A stretch of DNA of 64,000 bases from Nitrospirota bacterium (GTDB lineage Bacteria > Nitrospirota > Nitrospiria > Nitrospirales > Nitrospiraceae), in contig CAVOXE010000004.1 of the NCBI GenBank assembly GCA_963700335.1, positions 124,633 through 188,632 of the forward strand. Direction: 5' to 3'. The notes beneath the pieces are model-generated. The model saw only the letters and a list, made by a program, of their open reading frames with translations, did not search any database and had not been told where the DNA came from. Shown here one piece after another: positions 49,113 through 59,309 of the stretch (the stretch's first letter is position 1; every line of letters starts with the position of its first letter). Made by a program: the position numbers and the translations under genes.

Positions 49113-50894
49113 TTGAAGGGCGCGACGGCTGCCGGAAAACCCAGGCTTTTTCTCTTAATCACGGAGGATTCGTATTTTTGGACCCACCGACTCGACTTAG
49201 CTAGGGCGGCTCGGGATGCGGGTATGGACGTCCATATCGTGACGCGCGTCCGGGATCATGGGAAACGGATTACCGACGAAGGCTTTACACTCGTCCCCAT
49301 TCCGTTTGTACGGAGCGGCCGGCAGCCCTTTGGTGAACTCTTGGCCGTGCTCAAACTGGCGCGATTGTATCGTCGGTTGAAACCGGACCTCGTGCACCAC
49401 GTGGCGATGAAACCGATTCTGTACGGATCATGGGCGGCACGTTTGGCTGGCGTCCCGGCCGTCGTCAATGCCTTTGCAGGCTTAGGGTATGTGTTCATCG
49501 AACAGAACTGGAAGGCTCGATTGCTTCGTGCGGGAGTGAAGATAGGTATGCGCAGTGCGCTTGCCCTGTCGAATGCGCGGGTCATCCTGCAAAACGATGC
49601 TGACTGCAATCGGCTGATCCATGAGAAGGTGGTGCGTCGTGAACAGGTGGCCATGATCCGCGGGGCAGGGGTAGATCTTCAAGCCTTCCATCCCGAGCCG
49701 GAGAAGGCGCGGGAGATCCCCGTGATCGTCCTCGGAGCGCGGATGTTGTGGCACAAAGGCATTGGAGAATTTGTCGAGGCGGCCCGCATCTTACGGAAAC
49801 AGGGCGTACGCGCACGCTGTGTCTTGGTCGGCAAGGCGGACCCCGATAATCCTGCGAGCCTATCGGATGAGCAACTGGCGCGTTGGCATGAGGAAGGCAT
49901 CGTCGAGTGGTGGGGGCATCGGGAAGACATGCCGCACGTGCTGATGCATGCCGATGTGGTGGTGCTGCCCAGCTATGCCGAAGGTTTGCCGAAGATCCTG
50001 CTCGAGGCGTGTGCCTGCGGAAAACCGGTGGTAGCTACGTCCGTAGACGGGTGTCGAGAAATTATTAAGGAGGGGGAGAACGGACTGCTCGTTCCACCGA
50101 AAGATGCCGCAGCCCTCGCCTCGGCCATGAACCGTCTCGTGTCGGATGCCGACCTTCGCCGTCGGATGGGCCATCGTGGTCGAGAGATCGTCGCCCGCTC
50201 CTATTCCAAGGAGCAGGTGGCGCGAGAAACACTGGCTGTCTATGCCGACTTGCTAAATCGCAAGGGCCGCTTTGCATCGAGCAATGGTCATCACATTATG
50301 CCGTTGTTGAATACCACGTCTCGCGTCAACATTGTGAATGAGTCAAGGAGTGCTGTCATGACTTCTCAGATCCCTGTGCCTCCTGGATCGCCGATCGTCA
50401 AACGCGCGTTGGATCTGTGTGGATCGCTGCTGGGCCTTATCGCGCTGACTCCTGTATTCGCCCTTGTCGCCGTGCTGATCAAGATGGATTCATCGGGGCC
50501 GGTATTTTTTCGGCAGGAACGCATCGGCAAGAACTTCCGCCCCTTCTGGATTTATAAACTGCGAACGATGGTGCGTGACGCGCCACGACGAGGGGGCACG
50601 GTTACCACCACTCAGGATCCACGCATCACTCGATTGGGAGCGATTCTTCGCGATACCAAATTGGATGAATTGCCTCAGTTGATTAACGTGCTGAAGGGCG
50701 ACATGAGCTTGGTTGGTCCTCGCCCCGAGGTACAAGAATACGTGCAGATGTTTAAGACTCAGTATACGACGGTCCTGTCCATCCGCCCGGGGATGACGGA
50801 TCTGGCATCGCTTAAATATCGCCATGAGGCCGAAATCTTGTCGTGGGCAGCCAATCCCGAAGAGGAATATGTCAGGCATATTCTTGCCCGATAA
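49113..50894 (+). CDS. Continuous ORF combining a GT4 glycosyltransferase module and a bacterial sugar transferase (Bac_transf, polyprenyl-phosphate hexose-1-P transferase) module; 3' end frameshifted
   Basis: The GT4 part runs to about aa 385 (VVVLPSYAEGLPKILLEACACGKPVVATSVDGCREII). The Bac_transf part starts at an internal AAGGAG-N7-ATG at 50358 (MTSQIPVPPGSPIVKRALDLCGSLLGL..., FFRQERIG, YKLRTM, DELPQLINVLKGDMSLVGPRP). The family's C-terminus (LPDKLRLAEEYVRRSCLGLDLALIFKTF) continues in another frame to 51033. Confidence 0.7.
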   Translation: MKGATAAGKPRLFLLITEDSYFWTHRLDLARAARDAGMDVHIVTRVRDHGKRITDEGFTLVPIPFVRSGRQPFGELLAVLKLARLYRRLKPDLVHHVAMKPILYGSWAARLAGVPAVVNAFAGLGYVFIEQNWKARLLRAGVKIGMRSALALSNARVILQNDADCNRLIHEKVVRREQVAMIRGAGVDLQAFHPEPEKAREIPVIVLGARMLWHKGIGEFVEAARILRKQGVRARCVLVGKADPDNPASLSDEQLARWHEEGIVEWWGHREDMPHVLMHADVVVLPSYAEGLPKILLEACACGKPVVATSVDGCREIIKEGENGLLVPPKDAAALASAMNRLVSDADLRRRMGHRGREIVARSYSKEQVARETLAVYADLLNRKGRFASSNGHHIMPLLNTTSRVNIVNESRSAVMTSQIPVPPGSPIVKRALDLCGSLLGLIALTPVFALVAVLIKMDSSGPVFFRQERIGKNFRPFWIYKLRTMVRDAPRRGGTVTTTQDPRITRLGAILRDTKLDELPQLINVLKGDMSLVGPRPEVQEYVQMFKTQYTTVLSIRPGMTDLASLKYRHEAEILSWAANPEEEYVRHILAR

Positions 50895-51224
50895 ACTCCG
50901 ATTGGCTGAAGAGTATGTACGACGGTCCTGTCTTGGCCTGGATCTGGCGCTTATTTTCAAGACGTTTCTCAAGCTCATCCCTCATGGGAAACCGACGGCC
51001 GTCTCGTATTCGAGAGACTCGTCGATTTCCTAACGATGCCGCCAGCAGTCGCCGGGCCCTCCTACCGTTGTTTCATGGTTTGGCGAGGAACGAGCGACAC
51101 ACGACTGCTCTGTTCGAACAATCATTATCTAGATTTCTTTGAGGACTAAGTTTGGGCGAGTCATCCATGGGATGACCATATCGCTCGCCGAATGATTGGT
51201 GTGCGCTGAAAAAGGAGAAGAAGT

Positions 51225-52812
51225 ATGGTTACCACCGATAGGATCCGTTCATATGTCGATACCGGCGTCCGTCTCGCCGCCGACATGATTATGGTCAACG
51301 TCTCGCTGGCGTTCGCCATGTTGGCGCGGTACTTCATCGTCCTCTGGGTAGAAGGGAGTCTATCGCCGCATGACGTACTTCTCGATTATGTTCGGACAAT
51401 TCGTCCATAGCTTTTGGATTCTGACGATCATTTCCATGGCTGTGTTTTACATCAGCGGGTTTTATACCCGTGGACGGTTCTACCAAGGTCAATATAAAGC
51501 GCTCGTGGTCGCGCAAGCAGTCAGCCTCAGCTATCTCATGTTCGGCTTTGTCTCCATGCTCTCACACGGAGCGATCGTATTGCCGCGCAGCGTCTTCTTT
51601 ATCGGTTGGGCGGTTACCGCCGGCGTATTGATTCTGTCGCGGCTCTGGACAATGTTGTGGCGAATGATGGATGGAACCTCCATGCCGATGGATCGTCGCA
51701 GAGGTGTGACGAAAGGACAGAGGACAAGGAAAATTCTCGTCATCGGAGGAGCGGGGTACATTGGATCGGCGCTGCTGCCCAAGCTGTTGGACCGTGGATA
51801 TCATGTGCGTCTGTTGGACTTGTTCTTGTTCGGAAAGGGTCCCATCGTCGATGTGATTGGCCACCCCAATTTACAAATCGTGCATGCCGATTTTCGTCAC
51901 GTCGATCGCATCGTTCAAGCGATGAACGGTATGGATGAGGTGATTCATCTGGGGGCGATCGTCGGCGATCCCGCCTGCTCCTTGGATCAGGAATTGACCG
52001 TCGAAGTGAATTTGATGGCGGTTCGGATGATTGCCGAAGTGGCGAAGGGAAGCGGCATCCGACGGTTTTGCTTTGCGAGTACCTGCTCTGTATATGGAGC
52101 CAGCGATGAGTTTTTAGAAGAGCGATCGCATCTGCACCCGCTTTCACTCTATGCGCGAAGCAAGCTTGCGTCTGAAAAGGTTCTGACGCAGATGGCGGAC
52201 GAGCAATTTTCGCCCGTCATTCTTCGGTTAGGGACGGTGTATGGATTGTCCGGACGCACTCGCTTCGATCTGGTGATCAACCTATTGACCGCAAAAGCGG
52301 TGAAAGAAGGAAAGATCACGGTATTCGGAGGCGGACAGTGGAGGCCGTTCCTGCATGTCAACGATGCCGCCCTTGCCTTATTGAAGGCGGTCGAAGCGCC
52401 CACGGATCTCATTCACGGACAAGTCTTCAATGTGGGATCCAACGAGCAAAACTATCGGTTAGGAGATGCGGCAGCCATCATCCAGTCACTGGTGCCTGGG
52501 TCGGAAGTCGTCGATATGGGAGCCGATACGGATTTCAGAAATTATCGGGTCGACTTTTCCAAGATTAAAAAGATGTTGAACTTCACTCCGGAATGGACCT
52601 TAGAGCAGGGGATTAAACAGGTGATTGCGGCATTCGATAAAGGCGAAGTGTTGGATTATCGGAATGCCATGTACAGCAATGTCAAATTCCTCATCGAGGA
52701 AGCGAACTCCCGCTTGATCCGACGTGAGAAAGGATGGGCGCACGAGCTTCTGAAGGAAGAAGTGAAGCCGTCAAATGGTTCGAATGGGCCTGTCGTCGTG
52801 GCGACACATTGA
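51225..52812 (+). pseudogene. Membrane-anchored NAD-dependent sugar epimerase/dehydratase, 1 frameshift in the N-terminal TM region
   Basis: Track ORF 51225..51410 holds the first TM helix (RLAADMIMVNVSLAFAMLARYFIVL). ORF 51370..52812 holds three more TM helices. The SDR domain follows: ILVIGGAGYIGSAL, HLGAIVGDP, LYARSKLASE. The junction is near 51395 (acaattcg). Confidence 0.7.
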
Positions 52813-52863
52813 CGCAAACGGATTGTAAAAGGAATCAGTCACCATGCAGGCAGACGTAGCGGT

Positions 52864-53889
52864 ATGAGTATCAGACACAAAACAAGGCGCCTTGGTCATT
52901 TCGTTGGACTTCGAGCTCTACTGGGGCATGCGAGATGTAAGGGGGATCGAGAATTATCGGGAGACTCTCTTAGGGGAGCGACTGGTCGTTCCGGCCCTGT
53001 TGCAGCTCTTTCAGGAGTATGAGATTCATGCCACATGGGCGACGGTCGGCTTTATGTTCTGTGAGACGCGCGATGAACTCCTCCGGCAAGCGCCGACGCA
53101 AGAAGCCACTGTATGTCAATCACGAACTTTCGCCATATCCTCACCTCTCACACGTCGGACGGGACGAACAGGAAGACCCATTTCATTTTGCGCCTTCGCT
53201 CATCAAGCTCATCGCGTCGTCCCCCCATCAGGAAGTGGCAACCCACACGTTCTCTCATTACTATTGTTTAGAAAAAGGACAAGACATAGAGTCCTTCCGT
53301 GCTGATCTCGAAGCGGCGAAGAAGGTCGCGAGCAAATATACATTGAATATGGAAAGTCTTGTATTCCCACGCAACCAATTCAATGGCGACTATCTCTCGG
53401 CGTGCAAGGAATTAGGCATCAAGGCCTATCGTGGCAACGAACGTTCGTGGATTTACAGGGCGAAAAGCAGAGAGGATGAATCCCTATTTCGCCGTGCAGT
53501 GCGGCTCCTGGATGCCTATGTCAATATCTCAGGTCATAACTGCTATGCTCTCGAACGGCTTCCGCGCGACAGTACCAGTAAATGTTCCGTCAAGCCGATT
53601 TCTTCGGCCTGTTTCCATCAGTCGTCGGTTGCTGGAGCCTTTGCGTATGCGCCGGATCCTGTCCGATCTGACGCATGCGGCAAAGAAGGGATTGGTGTAT
53701 CACCTGTGGTGGCATCCGCATAATTTCGGCGACCACATGGAAGAAAACTTGGCGTTTCTCAAAAAGATTTTGGATCATTACGCGAATCTGAAAAAGGTTT
53801 ATGGCATGGAAAGTCTTAATATGGGAGACATCGCTCGGAGAGCATTGAATGGCAATGACGTCGTACATAACGCCTTGGTAAATGGGTAG
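52864..53889 (+). pseudogene. Polysaccharide deacetylase-like protein, 3 frameshifts
   Basis: ATG at 52864 (MSIRHK), then a shift in an A-run into LVISLDFELYWGMRD... (ORF 52892..). It continues in ORF 53019.. (EVATHTFSHYYC, LVFPRNQF) and ORF 53431.. (LVYHLWWHPHNFG). Family call is moderate. Confidence 0.55.
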
Positions 53890-54798
53890 GCTTTCATTTC
53901 TGATAAGGCATCTTATGAATGTGAACCTAAGGCCCTTCACGGCCTCGATTCCCTGGTGGGGAAAGATCGCCGCGAAACTGGTTTTGGCGCGTTTACCGGT
54001 AGATTATACAATCTGGAAAGGGTTGCACTTATTCGAGTGCGGCCTCATGGAAGATCCCAGCTATGCCTATGGCGTATTTAAAAAACATTATGATGCGGCC
54101 CAATCACGACGGACATTCCGTGGGTTCGTCGGACTGGAGCTAGGCCCAGGAGATTCGCTATTCACAGCGATGATTGCCAATGCGTACGGGGCCACGGGCT
54201 ATTATTTGGTTGATGTGAAGGACTATGCGAAACGTGACATGCAATGCTATAGGGCCTTGACACAATTTCTCACGGACCGAGGGATTGGCAACGATCTCAG
54301 AAGACGGCTTGACATCGACAGAAGCGCTTCTCACCGCGTGTCATGCGACCTACGGTACGCGCGGGCTCAGATCGTTGCAGGCAATTCCAGATCACTCAGT
54401 CGATTACAGTTGGTCGCACACCGTTCTGCAGCACGTCCCCTTGAAAGAATTTAGACAAACAATCGGAGAGCTCCGGCGCCAGCTTCGTCCCGATGGCATC
54501 AGCTCACATTGGGTAGATCTGCAAGACTGCATAGGGGGAGGCCTGAACAATCTCAGATTCTCAGAAGCCGTGTGGGAATCGCCCTTCATGGCCAACTCCG
54601 GCTTTTACACTAATCGCATACGATATTCGGAAATGTTGGAAGTATTCAAAGAAGCTCGATTCGAAGCTGAGGTCGTACAGTGTCAAGCGTTGGGATCGAC
54701 TTCCGATTCAGCGCTCAAAGCTGTCGCCACGATTTCAGAAGCTGTCTGACGAGGATTTGCGCGTGCGAGTCTTTCATGTGATTTTAAGACCGGTCTAA
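53882..54798 (+). pseudogene. SAM-dependent methyltransferase-like protein, 2 frameshifts
   Basis: GLELGPGDSLFTAMIA (motif I-like) in ORF 53882..54454. VDYSWSHTVLQHVPLKEF...LRPDGISSHWVDL in ORF 54285..54749. The tail RVFHVILRPV is in a third frame and ends with TAA at 54796-54798. Confidence 0.55.
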
Positions 54799-54847
54799 TG
54801 GGTTTGTTATCTAAACTTTCCACGCTTCATAATTAAGGTTGATCGAG

Positions 54848-56312
54848 ATGAGATATATGCTGGGCAGGTTGAAGTATTGTGTGACGTGCTGGGCGTTAAG
54901 CGTGGCACTGAGTTGTGTTTTGATGGTTGACGACCGGGCATGCAGCGTCGTCGACAGCGCATCAAAGTTACCGGCTCGGACCCAATGACGTGGTTCGGAT
55001 CCAAGTCTATGGAGAAGAAGACTTAACGATCGAAAGTAAAATTGATGGCGACGGAAATATTAATTTTCCATTACTGGGGATGGTGACGGTCGCGGGTAAG
55101 ACTCTCCCGGAACTTCAGGAATATCTAGGCGCTCAGTTGGCACGAGGCTATGTTCGCACGCCGCGGGTCACCGCCTATATATTCAAATATCGAAACTTTT
55201 ACGTCAGTGGAGAGGTCAAGACTCCAGGAGGCCATCCGTATGAGGAGGGGCTCAGCGTTCAAAAAGCGATCACGATGGCAGGTGGTCTGACGGACAAGGC
55301 AGAACGGGACAACGTTTACGCCTTACGGCGCGTCAATGGTCAAGAAGAGACAGTGCCGGTTACATTGGAGAGCCCGGTATACCCCGACGATACCATCGTT
55401 GTGCCTGAAGGACAGAAAATATACGTGAGTGGCGAGGTCAAGACGCCCGGCCGCTTTGGTTATGAAAAAGGATTGACCGTCCAAAAAGCGTTGAGCCTGG
55501 CAGGGGGGCGCACAGAAAAGGCGGAAAAAGGTGTCATCAAAGTGACGCGCGTGACGGAAGGCCTGGCGGCAACGTTGCCTGTGAATCCAGAGGCGGTTGT
55601 CATGCCGGGCGACATTCTCGTGGTCGAGCCGCAAGATTATAAATTCTACACCAGCGGAGAAGTGAAAAACCCTGGCGGATATTCCCATAAGGAGGGTCTG
55701 ACCGTTCACAAAGCTATTGCCATGGCAGGAGGGCTCACCGAAAAAGCAATGCCTGGCGATTTGCATATCCTTCGTTCGGTGAATGGACGAGAGGAAACAC
55801 TCGAGGTTAAATTGGATACCTTGGTCCTCCCAGACGACATCATCGTGGTAGCTCAGGGAGAGAAGTTTTTTGTTAACGGAGAAGTGAAGATACCGGGTCG
55901 CTATTTATACGAGAAGGGGCTGACCGTGCACAAGGCCATCACGATGGCCGGTGGGTTTACCGACAAGGCTGAAAAGGCCGCGATTAAAGTCACTCGGCAG
56001 GTCGATGGGAACCCTCACACAGTGGAGGCCGATCTTGAGGCCAGGGTGCTTCCCAATGATTTTATTGTCATCGCCCAGATGCATAAAGTGTATGTGAATG
56101 GAGAAGTAAAGAAGGCCGGTGACTATCCGTATGAGAAGGGCCTGACGATCCATAAAATCATCACTATGGCTGGTGGGTTTACGGACAAGGCGGCGGTGGG
56201 GCGGACGAAGATTTTACGGATTGTGGATGGGGAGGAGCAATCGTTGCGGGTGACGCTGGATGCGCAGGTGTTGCCGGAGGATATCGTCGTGGTGCCGCGC
56301 AGTTTCTTTTAA
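54848..56312 (+). pseudogene. Wza-like polysaccharide export protein A: Poly_export domain + 5 SLBB modules; signal peptide is out of frame
   Basis: Track ORF 54927..56312 starts at a TTG with no signal peptide. An ATG at 54848 encodes MRYMLGRLKYCVTCWALSVALSCVLMV in the -1 frame and would join near 54925-54935. Poly_export: YRLGPNDVVRIQVYGEEDL...INFPLLGMVTVAGKT. Five repeats of the type FYVSGEVK.PG.Y.YE.GLTV.KAI.MAGG.T.KA follow. Confidence 0.75.
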
Positions 56313-56384
56313 GGCGGCGGGGAGACGGACGAAGCGGCCGGGACGGGAGAGTCGTGATTGGAGCGGGACCGTGAGGGAAGGACC

Positions 56385-58286
56385 ATGAACAGAGCACGGG
56401 CGCGAGGGACGAGGGGGCTACGGAAGGGACTGTGGCTGGGCATCCTGCTGGCGTCATGGGTAGCGGTGGCGGTGGCGGCGACCGCGCCCGGGTACCGGCT
56501 GGGGCCCAATGATGTGGTGCGCATTCAAGTCTATGGCGAAGAAGACTTGACGGTGGAGAGCAAGGTGGACGGCGAGGGCACGATTCATTTTCCGTTAGTG
56601 GGCCAGGTGGCGGTCGGAGGGAAGACCACGCAGGAGCTACAGGAGTTGCTGACGACGCGCTTAGCGGGGGGCTATATGCGCGCCCCGCGCGTGACGGCCT
56701 ATGTGTTGAAGTATCGCAATATTTACGTCAGTGGAGAAGTGCGGACGCCGGGCGGACATCCGTATGAGGAGGGCCTCACGGTGCAGAAGGCCATTACGAT
56801 GGCGGGTGGCATTACCGAGAAGGCCGAGCGGGGCGGCGCGGTGCGCATTGTGCGGTCCGTCAACGGGCAGGAGACGGCAGTACTGGTTCAGTTAGACAGT
56901 CTCGTCTTACCGGACGATACGATTGTGGTGGCGGAGGGGCAGCGAGTGTATGTGAGTGGGGAGGTGAAGACGCCGGGGCGGTATCTGTATGAGAAGGGGT
57001 TGACGGTGCACAAGGCGCTGGGGATGGCCGGGGGGCGTTCGGAGAAGGGGGAGAAGGGGCTGATCAAAGTGACGCGGCTGACCCAGGGCGTGGCCGAGAC
57101 GCAGGTGTTGGCGCCGGAGGCGGCGGTGCTGCCCGATGATATTTTGGTGGTGGAGCCGCAGGACTATAAGTTCTACGCGAGCGGCGAGGTGAAGAATCCC
57201 GGCGGCTATCCCTATAAGGAGGGGCTGACGGTGCATAAGGCGCTGGCCATGGCCGGCGGGCTGACGGAGAAGGCCGAGCGCGGAGACGTGCACATCTTAC
57301 GCGCGGGCAAGGGGCAGGAGGAGACGCTGGTCGGCAAGCCCGAGAGCCTCCTGCTGCCGGACGATACGATTGTGGTGGCGGAGGGGCAGCGAGTGTATGT
57401 GAGTGGGGAGGTGAAGACGCCGGGGCGGTATCTGTATGAGAAGGGGCTGACGGTGCACAAGGCGCTGGGGATGGCCGGGGGGCGCTCGGAGAAGGGGGAG
57501 AAGGGGCTGATCAAAGTGACACGGCTGACCCAGGGCGTGGCCGAGACGCAGGTGTTGGCGCCGGAGGCGGCGGTGCTGCCCGATGATATTTTGGTGGTGG
57601 AGCCGCAGGACTATAAGTTCTACGCGAGCGGCGAGGTAAAGAATCCCGGCGGCTATCCCTATAAGGAGGGGCTGACGGTGCATAAGGCGCTGGCCATGGC
57701 CGGCGGGCTGACGGAGAAGGCCGAGCGCGGGGACGTGCACATCTTACGCGCGGGCAAGGGGCAGGAGGAGACGCTGGTCGGCAAGCCCGAGAGCCTCCTG
57801 CTGCCGGACGATACGATTGTGGTGGCGGAGGGGCAGCGAGTGTATGTGAGTGGGGAAGTGAAGACGCCGGGGCGGTATCTGTATGAGAAGGGGTTGACGG
57901 TGCACAAGGCCATTACGATGACCGGCGGCTTTACGGAGAAAGCGGATAAGGCCACGATCCACGTGACGCGCGTCGTCAACGGTGTCGCGCAGACCCGGGA
58001 AGCTACGCTGGAGACGTCCGTGCTGCCGGATGATTTCGTCGTCATCTCCCAGCTGCACAAGATTTATGTCAACGGGGAGGTGAAGAAAGCCGGCGACTAT
58101 CCCTATGAGAAGGGGCTGACGATTCATAAGATCATTACGATGGCCGGGGGCTTTACCGATAAAGCAGCCGCCGGCCGGACGACCATCTTGCGCATCGTCA
58201 ATGGCGAGGAGCAATCCCTCCGCGTCACGCTTGATGCCCTCGTGCTCCCCGAAGATATCGTCGTCGTCCCCCGCAGCTTCTTCTAG
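56385..58286 (+). CDS. Wza-like polysaccharide export protein C: Poly_export domain + 7 SLBB modules
   Basis: The ATG at 56385 (GGGAAGGA RBS) gives the signal peptide MNRARARGTRGLRKGLWLGILLASWVAVAVAA. The Poly_export domain is followed by 7 SLBB repeats. The protein ends ...VVVPRSFF. Confidence 0.85.
   Translation: MNRARARGTRGLRKGLWLGILLASWVAVAVAATAPGYRLGPNDVVRIQVYGEEDLTVESKVDGEGTIHFPLVGQVAVGGKTTQELQELLTTRLAGGYMRAPRVTAYVLKYRNIYVSGEVRTPGGHPYEEGLTVQKAITMAGGITEKAERGGAVRIVRSVNGQETAVLVQLDSLVLPDDTIVVAEGQRVYVSGEVKTPGRYLYEKGLTVHKALGMAGGRSEKGEKGLIKVTRLTQGVAETQVLAPEAAVLPDDILVVEPQDYKFYASGEVKNPGGYPYKEGLTVHKALAMAGGLTEKAERGDVHILRAGKGQEETLVGKPESLLLPDDTIVVAEGQRVYVSGEVKTPGRYLYEKGLTVHKALGMAGGRSEKGEKGLIKVTRLTQGVAETQVLAPEAAVLPDDILVVEPQDYKFYASGEVKNPGGYPYKEGLTVHKALAMAGGLTEKAERGDVHILRAGKGQEETLVGKPESLLLPDDTIVVAEGQRVYVSGEVKTPGRYLYEKGLTVHKAITMTGGFTEKADKATIHVTRVVNGVAQTREATLETSVLPDDFVVISQLHKIYVNGEVKKAGDYPYEKGLTIHKIITMAGGFTDKAAAGRTTILRIVNGEEQSLRVTLDALVLPEDIVVVPRSFF
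56910..57910 (+). repeat. In-frame 447-bp tandem repeat, ~2.2 copies (gene C)
   Basis: The anchor ccggacgatacgattgtggtggcggagggg recurs at 56910, 57357 and 57804, an exact 447-nt period. Units are near-identical. Confidence 0.92.
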
Positions 58287-58454
58287 CCATTTGTTCCACT
58301 GTGCACTCTAGGTTCTTCCAGCCTGTTTCCCTTAATCCTAGTGCCCACCTTCGGTATTAACTACTGAGCGACAGTCGCACCCGGAGTGATTGTTTTGAGG
58401 CCCGTTATCATAAGCGCTTCTGTGAAATGTGAACGAGCGAGCTAAGGTGGAAAT

Positions 58455-59235
58455 ATGAACACTCGATCCCTTCGATTGAAATGGTGTCTGCTCAGTGTAT
58501 TTCTGACTTGCTTGATGTCTACCGCCGGCGTCGCATCACCCATATCCTCGCATCAAAGCTATCGATTAGGGGTCAATGATGTGGTGCGCATCCAAGTCTA
58601 TGGGGAAGAGGACCTGACGGTAGAAAGTAAAGTGGATGGCGATGGGAATATTAATTTTCCTTTGTTGGGGATGATATCCATAGCAGGCAAGACGAGTCTG
58701 GAGTTGCAGGAATATCTCACGACACGGTTGGCGGGCGGTTACGTACGGTCGCCGAAAGTCACGGCGTCCATCCTTAAATACCGAAATTTCTATGTGAGCG
58801 GAGAAGTGAAGAGCCCGGGAGGGTACCCCTATGAGGAAGGACTTAGTGTTCAAAAAGCACTCACCATTGCAGGGGGTATGACGGAAAAGGCCGAGAAGCA
58901 TGACTTGAATATCCTCCGATCGGTCAATGGGAATCCACAGATCCTTCCGGTCAAGGCCGATAGCGTCGTTCTGCCCGATGATACGATTGTCGTGGCGGAG
59001 GGCAAGCGCTTCTATGTCAATGGTGAAGTGAAGTCGCCAGGCCGTTATCTCTACGAGAAAGGCCTCACGGTGCACAAGGCCATCACCATGGTTGGGGGGG
59101 TTTACGGACAAGGCGGCGGTGGGGCGGACGAAGATTTTACGGATTGTGGATGGGGAGGAGCAATCGTTGCGGGTGACGCTGGATGCGCAGGTGTTGCCGG
59201 AGGATATCGTCGTGGTGCCGCGCAGTTTCTTCTAG
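58455..59235 (+). pseudogene. Wza-like polysaccharide export protein D: Poly_export + 2 SLBB modules, frameshifted in a G7 tract
   Basis: Signal peptide MNTRSLRLKWCLLSVFLTCLMSTAGVA. After ...HKAITMVGG the G7 run (59094-59100) throws the frame, so track ORF 58455..59282 ends in Gly/Arg-rich nonsense. With G6 the sequence reads FTDKAAVGRTKILRIVDGEEQSLRVTLDAQVLPEDIVVVPRSFF and stops at 59233-59235. Confidence 0.75.
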
Positions 59236-59309
59236 AGGCGGCGGGGAGACGGACGAAGCGGCCGGGGACGGGAGAGTCGTGATTGGAGCGGGACCGTGAG
59301 GGAAGGACC

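Larger units (their letters stand above)
56176..58286 (+). repeat. Segmental duplication, copy 1 (~2.1 kb)
   Basis: From gggtttacggacaaggcggcggtgggg... to the stop of gene C, this is almost base-for-base identical to 59098..61658, apart from the extra 447-bp unit and a few substitutions or 1-nt indels in the spacer. Confidence 0.9.
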
